A stretch of 63,869 bases of DNA, counting the filler, from Acidimicrobiia bacterium (GTDB lineage: Bacteria; Actinomycetota; Acidimicrobiia; Spongiisociales; CAZKJJ01), in the NCBI GenBank assembly GCA_046759765.1. It is 5 parts of 5 records of this genome, joined end to end, with 100 filler letters (N's around TTAATTAATTAA, not from the genome) between each part and the next. Parts side by side here need not be neighbours in the genome. Positions count along the whole stretch, not along the records: positions 26,559 to 39,142 come from JBHICV010000061.1; positions 39,243 to 51,687 come from JBHICV010000062.1; 3 more parts are not named here. One strand, given 5' to 3'. Below are positions 29,179 through 43,721 of this stretch, piece by piece. Each line of letters opens with the position of its first letter. The stretch's first letter is position 1. A program made the translations under genes and the position numbers. The notes under the pieces are model-generated. The model was not told the origin of the DNA, did not search any database, and saw only the letters and a program-made list of their open reading frames with translations.

Positions 29179-29492
29179 GGGACTGGGAAGACGATCCGCG
29201 GAGGGATCTCATACGCCTGGAGGAGGCCCTCAGGGTGACTTTCGCCAAGCTGGGGCTGGGGCCGGTGGAGCTGATGGTAAGGCTCAATGAAGAGTGGGAC
29301 GACGTCGCTGGGGAACCCTGGATAGGCATCTCGCGGCCCGTAGTCCTCAGAGGGGGGGAACTGTTGGTGGAGGCAGATCTGCCGTCTGCCGTTCGTGTTC
29401 TCTCCTACGACACAGGCGAACTCCTTAGGCGTCTCGACAGTCGCTTTGGGCCCGGGTCTGTGAGCCAGATCAGAGTGGTGGCCAAACGGTAA
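29175..29492 (+). CDS. dciA: DUF721/DciA family protein
   Basis: W..VAG...SRPV.LRGGELLV; conserved recF-gyrB position in Actinobacteria. Confidence 0.75.
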   Translation: MRDWEDDPRRDLIRLEEALRVTFAKLGLGPVELMVRLNEEWDDVAGEPWIGISRPVVLRGGELLVEADLPSAVRVLSYDTGELLRRLDSRFGPGSVSQIRVVAKR

Positions 29493-29542
29493 CGGAGGGG
29501 CCGTTTTGTGCCGCTGAAGTGGGGTTTTGTTGTGAAAGGAGC

Positions 29543-29571
29543 TTGGGAAAGGGGCTGTTTTCGGCTATACT
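29543..29571 (+). promoter_or_regulatory. Sigma-A-type promoter candidate for gyrB
   Basis: TTGGGA-N17-TATACT. Confidence 0.5.
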
Positions 29572-29642
29572 TACAAGAGTGTAAGGCCTTGGGGTTGCCC
29601 GGCCCCAGCAGCGCCATCGGGGCAGCCCTCCGTCCCTCGTAA

Positions 29643-33997
<4,355 letters not shown>

Positions 33998-34091
33998 GCC
34001 CTGCCGGCGGAACGCGACCGCGCCCACTGCCGTTAGTACGAAAGCCGATGGTGGGACATTTCCTGTGAGAGGGTTAGCATCCGAAAGCGTC

Positions 34092-34703
34092 ATGGCTGGT
34101 GTTCGTCGCGTCCGGCGGATCGTCCGGAAAATCGACCCTTGGACAGTTCTCAAGGTGTCGTTTGTTCTCTACGCCGTGGTGGCGCTCGCCATGGTGCTGG
34201 GAGTAGTGATCCTGTGGGCGGTCGCCAACAACGTTGGTATCCCGCAAGGGCTCGATGACGTTGCCGTCCGCCTCACCCTGGTTGATGAGGGAGACACCAT
34301 ATTTGGTGACACAGACCGGTGGTTCCTGATCGCCGTCTTCCTCGGGGTGGTGTGGACGGTTCTGATGACAGGCCTGACCACGCTCGCCGCCGTCATGTAC
34401 AACCTGGTCTCGGACATCGTGGGTGGCGTCGAGGTCGTGGTTCTCGAAGAGACATACAACGTCCCTCAGGCGCCGGTTCGGTCACCGCAGCAGTGGCAAC
34501 GGACCGCTACCGCCCCCGCCGTCAACCAGGACATCGTCGAGCTACCTACAGCAGAGACCGAGCCTGTTCGAGCAACAGATGCTGAGTCACCCACGCCCGA
34601 TACCGACACCGAGGCAGATCAGTCTTCGGATGAGTACGACGCCACGGTAAGTCCCGAGCCGACTGCCACCTCAACTAAGGCGGCCGGAGCTTCAAAAGCG
34701 TAG
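34092..34703 (+). CDS. DUF3566 membrane protein
   Basis: RKIDPWTVLKVS...YNLVSDIVGGVEV; usual position after gyrA. Confidence 0.85.
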   Translation: MAGVRRVRRIVRKIDPWTVLKVSFVLYAVVALAMVLGVVILWAVANNVGIPQGLDDVAVRLTLVDEGDTIFGDTDRWFLIAVFLGVVWTVLMTGLTTLAAVMYNLVSDIVGGVEVVVLEETYNVPQAPVRSPQQWQRTATAPAVNQDIVELPTAETEPVRATDAESPTPDTDTEADQSSDEYDATVSPEPTATSTKAAGASKA

Positions 34704-35341
34704 CCGGGGACCGAGCGATAGGCGCCTCTCCCTGCTGCGACCGTCGCCGCAGCCAGCGCGATGGCCGCCAAGAATCCTCGGTCGTCTGCAACCCCGAGAA
34801 CTCGTTGGGGTGATCCGTCCTGAGCTCTCCAGACAAGTACCCCGGCCCATTGGTCGTGAGTTGGCGCTTCCCAAACCCGATCCAGCCCGGAGGGCAACGA
34901 AGCCCCCTGGGGTGGGCGACCGTATAGCGTGCCGACCGGAGAGGGAAATCGGAGCTGCTCACCACGTCGAAGTGGCGCGCCTGAAACCGTGTAGGCCAGT
35001 CTCACTTTCCGATCGGTGCGAGCGAGCTCCAGCGCGGCCAAAGAACCGGCGATTCCGCTGACAATGTTGGCTCCCACAATCTGGTTGGGTTGGCTCGGTT
35101 TTCCATCGGCCTCTCGGGTGGTGACCACCCAGCGCGGAATGAGTTTCTCATCGGGTGGGAGCGCCCCGTCGGTTGCCAGTACATCCCAGCTTGCTAGGTC
35201 GGAGGGCGAGACCGCCCGATACTCGTGAGGCGTCTGGCCGGAGTCAGAGACGATCCCTATCTCGGAGACATCGGGATCTGCGGCCAGGACCCTGGCGGCC
35301 CGCACCGCCACGCTCGAGAAGCACCACAGGACGACTTTCAT
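34619..35341 (-). CDS. Hypothetical protein (degenerate Rossmann-like N-terminus)
   Basis: 240-aa ORF MKVVLWCFSSVAVRAARVL; FPSPVG motif. Confidence 0.6.
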   Translation of the reverse strand: MKVVLWCFSSVAVRAARVLAADPDVSEIGIVSDSGQTPHEYRAVSPSDLASWDVLATDGALPPDEKLIPRWVVTTREADGKPSQPNQIVGANIVSGIAGSLAALELARTDRKVRLAYTVSGAPLRRGEQLRFPSPVGTLYGRPPQGASLPSGLDRVWEAPTHDQWAGVLVWRAQDGSPQRVLGVADDRGFLAAIALAAATVAAGRGAYRSVPGYAFEAPAALVEVAVGSGLTVASYSSED

Positions 35342-35463
35342 TCGGCAGTCGGATCGATAGGGTGCCATTTCCCGGACAAGGCACCCCTTCCGTGTCGCAT
35401 CCGCAGCAGCAGTATCAGCATCGCCACTACTACGAGCCGAGTTGCGGTTCTCCGGACCGTCAT
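35338..35463 (-). CDS. Small single-TM protein (41 aa)
   Basis: MTVRRTATRLVVVAMLILLLRMRHGRGALSGKWHPIDPTAE; stop overlaps next ATG; TACACT -10 upstream. Confidence 0.5.
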   Translation of the reverse strand: MTVRRTATRLVVVAMLILLLRMRHGRGALSGKWHPIDPTAE

Positions 35464-35513
35464 CGGTGTGAGGAGTGTATCGGGCCGCTAACGTGTGAAG
35501 CGGCCCTCTAATG

Positions 35514-35625
35514 GGCGCCGACGGGGTCCCGTAAGGGCGCGAAAGCGAAGCCGGTTAGAACCCGGCGCTGTCCCGCAACTGTGAAGCCCCTCTTCGGGGA
35601 CGAGCCAGGTCGCCTGCCCCGGCGG
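35514..35625 (+). ncRNA. Cobalamin riboswitch
   Basis: GCGAAGCCGGTTAGAACCCGGCGCTGTCCCGCAACTGT...GAGCCAGGTCGCCTGCC B12-box, directly upstream of btuFCD-like genes. Confidence 0.88.
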
Positions 35626-35703
35626 TCACATACGTGTCCTCGGACGAAGGGCAGTTTGTGCTTCGCACGAACCCCCTTCATCCCCGGCGACGGAGGATGA
35701 TGC

Positions 35704-36606
35704 ATGCGGAAGGTTCTCCTTCTCACCTATCTGGCCGTGCTTTGCGCAGCCTGTGCCACAGCGGACATCGATGGCCCCGAGGGGTTCTCGACGACGATCG
35801 TTGGAACTGATGGCCGGGAGGTCAGCCTCGAAGCGGCGCCGGCGAGGATCGTGTCTCTTTCAGCTACGCACACAGAGATCCTCTACGCCGTTGGTGCTGC
35901 TGATCAGATCGCAGGAACTGATCTGACCAGTGACTTCCCACCCGAGGCGCAAACGACGCCAAAAGTAGACGCCCTCAACTTCAACGTGGAGGAAGTTGCA
36001 GTCCTTGACCCCGACCTCGTGATCCTCGCTTTCGACTTCCAAGGGGAGGTCGAGGCGCTGGAGCGAATCGGGATTCCGGCGCTTGTTCTCGCTCCGGCGG
36101 TCACGATCGAGGGAATGTATGAGCAGATAACAGTTCTGGGTATAGCCACCGGCCGGGCGGCAGCCGCGGCCGAGCTGATAGCGGACATGACCATGAGGAT
36201 GGAGGCCGCGGTACAGGGGTTTGCCCCGGGGGGTCAAATAACCGTCTACCACGAGGTGGACGCGACTCTCTTTAGTCCTAATTCGGCCACCTTCTTGGGG
36301 GATCTCTACTCACGATTTGGCTTGGTGAACATCGCGGATGAGGTTCCGGACGAGTTCGGATCGGGATACGTTCAACTTTCACCCGAATACATCTTGGCCA
36401 CCGACCCGGATGTGATCTTCCTCGGTGATGCTGACTTCGGCGAGACAGTTGAAACAGTCGCGGCACGGCCGGGCTGGAGCACGTTGTCGGCCGTGGCAAC
36501 AGACCGCGTTTATGGACTGGACGGGGACGTCGTCGGGAGGTGGGGACCGCGCACCGTCGAGTTGGCTGAATCGGTGCGAGCCGCGCTGGACGAGGCGACC
36601 GGTTAG
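35704..36606 (+). CDS. btuF: Cobalamin ABC transporter substrate-binding lipoprotein
   Basis: Lipobox, RIVSLSATHTEILYAVGA, NVEEV..LDPDLV, RWGPR; riboswitch context. Confidence 0.85.
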   Translation: MRKVLLLTYLAVLCAACATADIDGPEGFSTTIVGTDGREVSLEAAPARIVSLSATHTEILYAVGAADQIAGTDLTSDFPPEAQTTPKVDALNFNVEEVAVLDPDLVILAFDFQGEVEALERIGIPALVLAPAVTIEGMYEQITVLGIATGRAAAAAELIADMTMRMEAAVQGFAPGGQITVYHEVDATLFSPNSATFLGDLYSRFGLVNIADEVPDEFGSGYVQLSPEYILATDPDVIFLGDADFGETVETVAARPGWSTLSAVATDRVYGLDGDVVGRWGPRTVELAESVRAALDEATG

Positions 36607-37638
36607 ATGGATCTATCGCCGCAGGCGGCCCGTCGGAGACTCCGCGTCGGGATCTTGGGTGGCATCGTTTTCCTGCTGGTGGTTGGTTGGATGGGAGTGT
36701 CGCTGGGGCCGGCGCCGATTCCTATCGGCTCCGTTCTCACCGAGATTGTCGACCGGCTCCCAATCATTGCCTTGGACTCCAATCTCAGTGACCGCGAGGC
36801 CGCCATCGTCTGGGAGCTTCGGGTGCCCCGGGTAGTTCTCGGCGCGCTGGTGGGCGCAATGCTGGCCGTAGCCGGAGGTTCGTACCAGGGCGTATTTCGA
36901 AACCCGTTGGCGGACCCGTTTCTACTCGGAGTGGCAGCCGGCGCAGGCCTGGGAGCAACTGTGGCGATAGTCGCCGGGAGTTCGGCGGGAGGCGGGCTGA
37001 TAACACCCATAGCGTTCGCCGGCGGCATCGCGGCGGTCGCATTGGCCTGGGTATTCAGCACCGGTTCCCGTGGGCGGACGGCCGTCACTCTCATCCTGGC
37101 TGGCGTAGCAGTGGCCGCCTTCTTCACAGCAGTCCAGACATTCCTCCAGGAGCGGTCCGGTGACCAAGCCCGGGAGGTGCTCTCATGGATTCTGGGAAGC
37201 CTGGCTGCGGCATCGTGGTCGGATGTCCTGCTCTTGGCTCCCTATGTAGTGATCGCGGGGAGCTTCCTTCTGGCCGCCCGCCGACCGCTCGATGTCATGA
37301 GCGTTGGAGATGAGGAGGCCGCCTCGCTGGGTGTTCGCCCGGATCGGACCCGAGCCCTGGTAGTCGGAGCGGCGACCCTCGGAACTGCCGCTGCGGTCTC
37401 CGTCAGCGGGCTGATCGGATTCGTGGGGATAGTCGTTCCCCATACAGTGCGACTGCTGGCAGGTACTAGCTACCGCGCGATACTCCCGTTGGCTCTTCTG
37501 GGAGGAGCCGGGTTCTTGATCCTGGCGGATCTGATCGCCCGGGTGGCGCTGTCGCCCGGAGAATTGCCCATCGGAGTCGTGACTGCCTTCGTCGGGGCGC
37601 CCTTCTTTGCCGTGGTTTTGAAGAGGAGTGCGCGATGA
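36607..37638 (+). CDS. btuC: Cobalamin ABC transporter permease (FecCD family)
   Basis: LRVPRV, FRNPLADPFLLGV, GDEEAASLGV, IGFVGIVVPH. Confidence 0.88.
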   Translation: MDLSPQAARRRLRVGILGGIVFLLVVGWMGVSLGPAPIPIGSVLTEIVDRLPIIALDSNLSDREAAIVWELRVPRVVLGALVGAMLAVAGGSYQGVFRNPLADPFLLGVAAGAGLGATVAIVAGSSAGGGLITPIAFAGGIAAVALAWVFSTGSRGRTAVTLILAGVAVAAFFTAVQTFLQERSGDQAREVLSWILGSLAAASWSDVLLLAPYVVIAGSFLLAARRPLDVMSVGDEEAASLGVRPDRTRALVVGAATLGTAAAVSVSGLIGFVGIVVPHTVRLLAGTSYRAILPLALLGGAGFLILADLIARVALSPGELPIGVVTAFVGAPFFAVVLKRSAR

Positions 37639-38405
37639 GCCTCCGATGCGAGGCCGTGAGAGCCAGCTACAACGGGCGTGAGGTGTTAGCGGGCGTCGAT
37701 CTGGCCGTCCAACCCGGTGAGTGGGTGGCTGTGGTTGGACCTAACGGTTCTGGTAAGAGCACGCTGCTCCGTCGGATCGCGGGGATCGTTGCCGGCCATG
37801 GGAGCGTCTCAGTGGAGGGTCAGGACCCGGGCTCGGTATCGAGGCGGGAGGCTGCGCGCCTTGTGGCGCTGGTGCCACAGAATCCGGTGGTTCCGGACGG
37901 GATCTCTGTCCTCGACTACGTGGGTCTGGGGCGGACGCCCCATGTTGGTTCCTGGTCGTTGCGGGCGCCTGAGGAGAGTCCCGCGGTCCGACGGGTGTTG
38001 AGGGAATTAGATCTGGGTGACCTTGCCCATCGCGCGCTGAGCACGCTGTCAGGAGGGGAGTTTCAACGTGCCGTGCTGGGGAGGGCGCTAGCTCAAGAGA
38101 CGGCCGTGCTGCTGCTCGACGAGCCCACCACCGCTCTCGATCTCGGTCATGCCCAGGAGGTCATGGAGCTGGTGGATGGCCGTTGCCGGCAGGACGGAAT
38201 CGCGGTCCTGTCTGCGATGCACGACCTGACACTGGCGGCCCAGTTCTGCGACCGGTTGATGTTGCTGGCGGATGGTGTCATCGCAGCCGAAGGCTCAGCT
38301 CGGGAAGTGATCACCAGGGAGCTGCTCGCGAGCTACTTCGAAGCCGAGGTGGTAATTCTCGATGGGCCCGGCGGCGAGCCTGTTGTGGTGCCGAGGAGCC
38401 GCTGA
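37635..38405 (+). CDS. btuD: Cobalamin ABC transporter ATPase
   Basis: GPNGSGKST, LSGGE, LLLDEPT, HDL. Confidence 0.88.
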   Translation: MSLRCEAVRASYNGREVLAGVDLAVQPGEWVAVVGPNGSGKSTLLRRIAGIVAGHGSVSVEGQDPGSVSRREAARLVALVPQNPVVPDGISVLDYVGLGRTPHVGSWSLRAPEESPAVRRVLRELDLGDLAHRALSTLSGGEFQRAVLGRALAQETAVLLLDEPTTALDLGHAQEVMELVDGRCRQDGIAVLSAMHDLTLAAQFCDRLMLLADGVIAAEGSAREVITRELLASYFEAEVVILDGPGGEPVVVPRSR

Positions 38406-38546
38406 CGCCTCTCCTCGGCACCACCAGTTCAGGCGATATGTCGCCCTTTGAAGGGCGTTCGGCCCGTGCACGAACGCGTTGCGTGATGCAACTCCCACTC
38501 CCTGGGACCCTCCGCGCGACTATACCACTCAGAGTGGTCGATGTGC

Positions 38547-38900
38547 TCAGCCGAAGGTGATGTCAGCGTTGACCACGGTCAGGATGGCAACGGCCACCAG
38601 TGCGATGTAGATGAGGGTGAGGATGCCGTAGAGAACAAAAAGCGTCTTTAGCTTCGACAGCGACTCGGTGGCGGCCTCTTGGTCTCCGAGGAGATGGGCC
38701 GGTTCGATTCTCGATGCGGCCTGCCACAGAAGCGCCCCGGCCCAGATGGGTATCCAAGCCACGATGATGCCGACGATGCTGAGAGCGGTCAGCGCACCCA
38801 CGGCGATGAGGGCCACCGCCAGAAACTTCATCCAGCCCTTAGCTTCGAAGAGAGGCCTCGTGATCGTCTTGACGGGATCGATTTCGATGGGGTGGGTCAT
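38547..38900 (-). CDS. DUF5362-like membrane protein
   Basis: KGWMKFL...SIVGIIVAWIPIWAGALLWQAA; SD AGGAG. Confidence 0.7.
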   Translation of the reverse strand: MTHPIEIDPVKTITRPLFEAKGWMKFLAVALIAVGALTALSIVGIIVAWIPIWAGALLWQAASRIEPAHLLGDQEAATESLSKLKTLFVLYGILTLIYIALVAVAILTVVNADITFG

Positions 38901-38974
38901 TTCACTCCTGTAGTCGAGAACCTGAGCACCGTACCCTGTTGATGGGTCGATCCGTTTGGTTTCAGCTGATGGCG

Positions 38975-39142
38975 CTAGTTGTGTTCCACGCTGTCGGCAA
39001 TGCGCGGCCAGAGCTGGTCTGAGAGGTCGGGCACTAGCTCCGAGAAGCCGGCCACGAGGGCGGCCGCAACGGCGCGGTCGGATTCGTAGAGCTCCGCCAG
39101 CTCTGCCTTCAGGTCCTGGAAACGCCGGTAGGCCCCGTCCGT
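38975..39142 (-). CDS. C-terminal fragment of an unidentified protein
   Basis: Open frame from contig end: TDGAYRRFQDLKAELAELYESD...VEHN*. Confidence 0.4.
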   Translation of the reverse strand, partial: TDGAYRRFQDLKAELAELYESDRAVAAALVAGFSELVPDLSDQLWPRIADSVEHN

Positions 39143-39242
39143 NNNNNNNNNNNNNNNNNNNNNNNNNNNNNNNNNNNNNNNNNNNNTTAATTAATTAANN
39201 NNNNNNNNNNNNNNNNNNNNNNNNNNNNNNNNNNNNNNNNNN
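39143..39242. other. Artificial contig linker
   Basis: N44-TTAATTAATTAA-N44. Confidence 0.99.
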
Positions 39243-40224
39243 CGTTCGTCCACACCAGCTCGGAGAGGAACATCGCGAGGACGGAGAAACCCACCACGGC
39301 CCACGAGACCAGGCCCGGCCGTGGCGCAGCCTGCCAAGCGACCACCAGAACAACCGCCAGGACCGCTAGTCCCATCAAGGCGTCGCCCTCACCGGACAGC
39401 CAGGCTTCGACGGCCTGGATAATCCCCTGCAGCGGCGGACCAACGGCTGGCACATCGGTCTCCAACGACAAACCGCCGGTCTGCAATCGAATCCACACCG
39501 CCCACAGCCCCGCTGCTCCAAACGGGACCAGCAGCACCGACCAAGCTCTGTGTCGACGCATGACCCAGAGACCAACGAACAGGCCAACCGCCACCAGAAT
39601 CATCACTTCTCGCGCCAGGACCGCCCCGGTCACCGCCACCGACGCCCACCCCAGCCGGCCCGACACCGCGGCCCACACACCGAGAACCCCGAGTGCCCAG
39701 GCGACGATTCCGGACCCGTCGATCATCAACTCGAAGAGCAGGCCGATGTTGAGCCCAAAGGCCAGCCCGAGCCACGGACTCCCTCCCAGGGCGATCGCCA
39801 GTCGGGCCGTGGCCCACGTGCCGACAACCAGGGCCAACAGGTTGATACCGATCATCGTCCAGGCCAGGGCGCGGTCGCTGACCAGGGCGGAGGGGGCCGC
39901 CAGCAGCGGGTACAGAACTCGCTGGGCGCGGTAAAGCGGAGGATCAAGCATGGCTGCGGTCTCGGCGTCGAGCAGGAAGGGGTCGTGGGCCTGAAGGAAG
40001 TAGAACTTGCCGTCGTGCCCGGCGTCCTCCACCAGCGGGACTTCGCCCAACGACGCCTGGTCGTAGGGAATGGGTGCCTGGGTGCTGAACCTGAGGAAGC
40101 CGGCTGGATTCCCGCCGTATACCTGCAGGCCGCGCCCTACCACGAGGCCACCGGCTCCTAGCGCCACCAGGGCTACGACCAGGGGCAGATAACGCGAACG
40201 AGCGGGATCCTCTCTCGTCACCAC
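39243..40224 (-). CDS. GT-C-like membrane glycosyltransferase, 3' truncated
   Basis: GHDGKFYFLQAHDPF...YRAQRVLYPLLA...LAREV; polytopic. Confidence 0.7.
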
Positions 40225-40307
40225 AGATCAATCGACAGACTCGTCGGTCCGGTTCACCGAAAACTCTTCCGTCTCAAGGCGGTAGCGCGGAGCGCCGATC
40301 AGTTGGG

Positions 40308-41042
40308 GTGACCAGCAGCGCTCGCGCCCGGGGTCAGATCGTCGAGGCACCGACTTTGGAAGCCAGCCTGGATGTGGTGTCCCGAGCGGTGCGTTATCAC
40401 GACTGGCTGGCGGGTGAGTTGGGACCGTACCTGCGGGCCCCCGTGCTGGAGATCGGCTCCGGTCTGGGAACGCTCGCTTTTGCTTTGGCCCGCTGGCAGA
40501 CACCCATCCTCGCCAGCGAACCCGACCCGGCCATGGCAGCCCGTCTCCAAGCCCGCTGCGAGATAAGCAACGAGGTAACTGCAGTCCCGGGGATCCTCCT
40601 CCCCGATGTCGGCTACCAGCCCGATCCGGCACCCCGGACTGTGGTCCTCTCCAACGTCCTAGAACATATAGAAAACGACACCGCCGCACTGGAAGCCATC
40701 GCGGCCAACCTGCCCACCGTCCAACACCTGGTGCTCGTGGTCCCCGCCCACCAATGGGCTTTCGCCCCCTTGGACCACCAGCTCGGCCACTACCGCCGCT
40801 ACGCCCGGGAACAGCTCGGAGAAGTGATCGAGAAGGCCGGGTGGCAACCCAGCCGGATCCGCTACTTCAACCCTCTGGGAGTTATCGCCTGGGCCGCCTC
40901 CGGGCACCTCTTCGGACGTAGCACCATCTCCGACTGGCAGACCTCGGTCGTCGAGCGCATCGTTCCCCTGCTGCGAGCGGCCGACCGCCTCGCCTCCGGA
41001 CGACTCGTCGGACAATCGCTTATCGCCATCAGCAGCCGCTGA
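40308..41042 (+). CDS. Class I SAM-dependent methyltransferase (start uncertain)
   Basis: VLEIGSGLG, NVLEHIEND, VPAHQWAF..LDHQLGHYRRY. Confidence 0.85.
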   Translation: MTSSARARGQIVEAPTLEASLDVVSRAVRYHDWLAGELGPYLRAPVLEIGSGLGTLAFALARWQTPILASEPDPAMAARLQARCEISNEVTAVPGILLPDVGYQPDPAPRTVVLSNVLEHIENDTAALEAIAANLPTVQHLVLVVPAHQWAFAPLDHQLGHYRRYAREQLGEVIEKAGWQPSRIRYFNPLGVIAWAASGHLFGRSTISDWQTSVVERIVPLLRAADRLASGRLVGQSLIAISSR

Positions 41043-41072
41043 CATCCACCTGCAAACACAGAGCCAGGAGCC

Positions 41073-43085
41073 CTAGCGGGCCGCCTCGCTCATTGCGCGT
41101 AGCTCGCGCTTGAGCTCCGAGATCTCGTCGCGCAGACGCGCCGCGTACTCGAACCGGAGCTCCTTGGCGGCCTCGTGCATCTCCTCCTCCAAGCTCTGGA
41201 TGAGGCGGGCGAGGTCCTCGTCCGGGAGATCGAGGGCCTTTCGCTCGACCACTTCTCGGCGCCGTCTCGCCGGCCCGGGCTCAGCCTGGGACTGGACCAG
41301 CTCCAGGATGTCCGACACTCGCTTGCGGATGGTCTGCGGATCTATGTCGTGCTCCTCGTTGAACTCGGACTGAAGGAGCCGCCGCCGGTTGGTCTCGGAT
41401 ATAGCCCTCTGCATCGATTCGGTCACATCGTCGGCGTACATGATCACCTGGCCGTCCACGTTCCGAGCTGCTCGTCCGATCGTCTGGATCAGACTGGTTT
41501 CCGAACGCAGAAAGCCTTCCTTGTCGGCGTCCAGGATGGAGACGAGCGAGACCTCCGGGAGATCGAGACCTTCACGAAGCAGGTTGATCCCCACCAGTAC
41601 ATCGAATTCGCCGAGGCGCAGCTCGCGGAGGATCTGAACGCGCTCCAGCGTGTCGATCTCCGAGTGGAGATAGCGGGCTCGGATACCCATCTCGAGCAGG
41701 TAGTCGGTGAGGTCTTCCGCCATCTTCTTCGTCAAGGTCGTGACCAGTACCCGCTGGTCCTGCTCCGCACGGACTGAGATCTCGTGCAGCAGGTCGTCAA
41801 TCTGTCCCTTGGTCGGACGGACGATCACCTCGGGATCGACCAGGCCGGTAGGCCGGATTATCTGCTCGACGACCTGCGACGACTCTGTAACCTCCCACTC
41901 CCCCGGAGTCGCCGACACGAATATCGCTTGACCCGTCCGCTCGAGCCACTCGTCGAAGCGAAGGGGTCGGTTGTCTCTTGCTGATGGCAACCGAAAGCCG
42001 TGCTCGACGAGAACGTCCTTGCGGCTCCGATCGCCTTCATACTGCCCGTGGATCTGCGGCACCGCCACGTGGCTCTCATCGACGACCGTGACGAAGTCGT
42101 CCGGGAAGTAGTCGAGCAGCGTGTAAGGAGGATCGCCGGGACTGCGTCCGTCTATGTGCATGGAGTAGTTCTCGATTCCGTTGCAGAAGCCAATCTCACG
42201 TAGCATCTCGAGGTCATAGCTGGTTCTCATCCGCAGCCGTTGGGCCTCGAGCAGCTTGCCCGACGACTCGAGCTGCCCCAGGCGCTCAGCGAGCTCGGTC
42301 TCAATGCCGTCTATTGCCCGCTTCATGCGTTCGGACGAGGCCACATAGTGAGAAGCCGGAAAGACCCAGGCCTCGGCAAGCTCCTCCAGCACCTCCCCTG
42401 TGACCGGATTGAGACGGAGCATGCGCTCGACTTCGTCGCCCCAATACTCGATGCGGACGATCGTTTCCTCGTAGGAAGGGAACACTTCCAGGGTGTCGCC
42501 TCTCACTCGGAACCGACCTCGGGCGAGGTTGACCTCGTTGCGGTCATACTGGATGTCGACCAGCCTGCGAATCGCAGACTGCAAAGGGAATTCCACTCCT
42601 TTGACGAGCCTGAGCACCCGCCCGGCGTACTCCTCCGGTGTTCCCAGCCCATAGATCGCCGATACGGACGCCACGATGATGACGTCGTCTCGCACGAGCA
42701 AGGCGGAGGTCGCCGAGTGGCGCAGCCGCTCGATCTCATCATTGATCGTGGCGTCCTTCTCGATGTAAGTGTCGGTCTGAGGGAGATATGCCTCCGGCTG
42801 GTAGTAGTCGTAGTAGCTCACGAAGTACTCGACCCGGTTCTCAGGGAAGAACTGGCGGAACTCGTTGGCCAGCTGAGCCGCCAAGGCTTTGTTTGGAGCC
42901 AACACGAGCGTCGGCCTCTGCACCTTCTCGATCGCCCACGCGATCGTCGCCGATTTTCCCGAGCCGGTGATTCCAAGGAGCGTCTGGAAGTGGTCGCCCC
43001 GCTCTATGCCTTCGGCCAGCCGGTCGATGGCGGCCGGCTGATCCCCGGCCGGGGCGAAATCGGACTCGATGGCGAACGAAGGCAC
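41073..43085 (-). CDS. uvrB: Excinuclease ABC subunit B
   Basis: [39 protein letters not shown]. Confidence 0.98.
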   Translation of the reverse strand: MPSFAIESDFAPAGDQPAAIDRLAEGIERGDHFQTLLGITGSGKSATIAWAIEKVQRPTLVLAPNKALAAQLANEFRQFFPENRVEYFVSYYDYYQPEAYLPQTDTYIEKDATINDEIERLRHSATSALLVRDDVIIVASVSAIYGLGTPEEYAGRVLRLVKGVEFPLQSAIRRLVDIQYDRNEVNLARGRFRVRGDTLEVFPSYEETIVRIEYWGDEVERMLRLNPVTGEVLEELAEAWVFPASHYVASSERMKRAIDGIETELAERLGQLESSGKLLEAQRLRMRTSYDLEMLREIGFCNGIENYSMHIDGRSPGDPPYTLLDYFPDDFVTVVDESHVAVPQIHGQYEGDRSRKDVLVEHGFRLPSARDNRPLRFDEWLERTGQAIFVSATPGEWEVTESSQVVEQIIRPTGLVDPEVIVRPTKGQIDDLLHEISVRAEQDQRVLVTTLTKKMAEDLTDYLLEMGIRARYLHSEIDTLERVQILRELRLGEFDVLVGINLLREGLDLPEVSLVSILDADKEGFLRSETSLIQTIGRAARNVDGQVIMYADDVTESMQRAISETNRRRLLQSEFNEEHDIDPQTIRKRVSDILELVQSQAEPGPARRRREVVERKALDLPDEDLARLIQSLEEEMHEAAKELRFEYAARLRDEISELKRELRAMSEAAR

Positions 43086-43094
43086 AGAGCCAGC

Positions 43095-43694
43095 TTACGA
43101 CGCAGGCGTGACGCCGCCGACCGCTCGGATGCGCGACAAAAGCTCGTCGGCCAGAGCCGGCAGTTCACTCAGAGGGCCGCTGTTGTCAAGAACGATGTCG
43201 GCCTCGGCGGCCCACGCCTCGGCTTCGGGCTGGGCGGCCATACGGGCGCGCGCGTCCTCTTCGCTCATACCCCTCGCCTTGAGTCTCGCTAAGCGCTCCC
43301 CCTCAGGAGCCGTCACCGCCACCTTGATCCAACCCTCCGAAAGCAGGCTGCCGGACACCGGCAGCTCCACCACGACGACTTCGGCCGAGGATTGGCCGGC
43401 GAGATCCTCGATTCGAGCGGCGATGTGGGGATGGGTCATCCCTTCCAGGTGACGGAGCTCCGAGCGGTCGGCAAAGACGATCGCAACCAGTGCCGAACGA
43501 TCGATATTTCCGTCTCGGACCACCTGCGGCCAACGCTCCGAGACTGCCTGGAATGCCTCTGCCTCAAGTACCTCATGACCGACGTGGTCCGCATCGATCA
43601 CTTCCACGCCCCGCTCCCGGAGAAAGCCCGAAAGAGCACTCTTTCCGGTGCCGATTCCCCCCATGAGGAGCACTCCGATGGTTCGCGAAATCAT
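43095..43694 (-). CDS. coaE: Dephospho-CoA kinase
   Basis: GGIGTGKS, IDADHVGH, LEGMTHP, ARMAAQ. Confidence 0.93.
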   Translation of the reverse strand: MISRTIGVLLMGGIGTGKSALSGFLRERGVEVIDADHVGHEVLEAEAFQAVSERWPQVVRDGNIDRSALVAIVFADRSELRHLEGMTHPHIAARIEDLAGQSSAEVVVVELPVSGSLLSEGWIKVAVTAPEGERLARLKARGMSEEDARARMAAQPEAEAWAAEADIVLDNSGPLSELPALADELLSRIRAVGGVTPAS

Positions 43695-43721
43695 TCCTTC
43701 GGGACTGTAGCCTGGCGCCAG

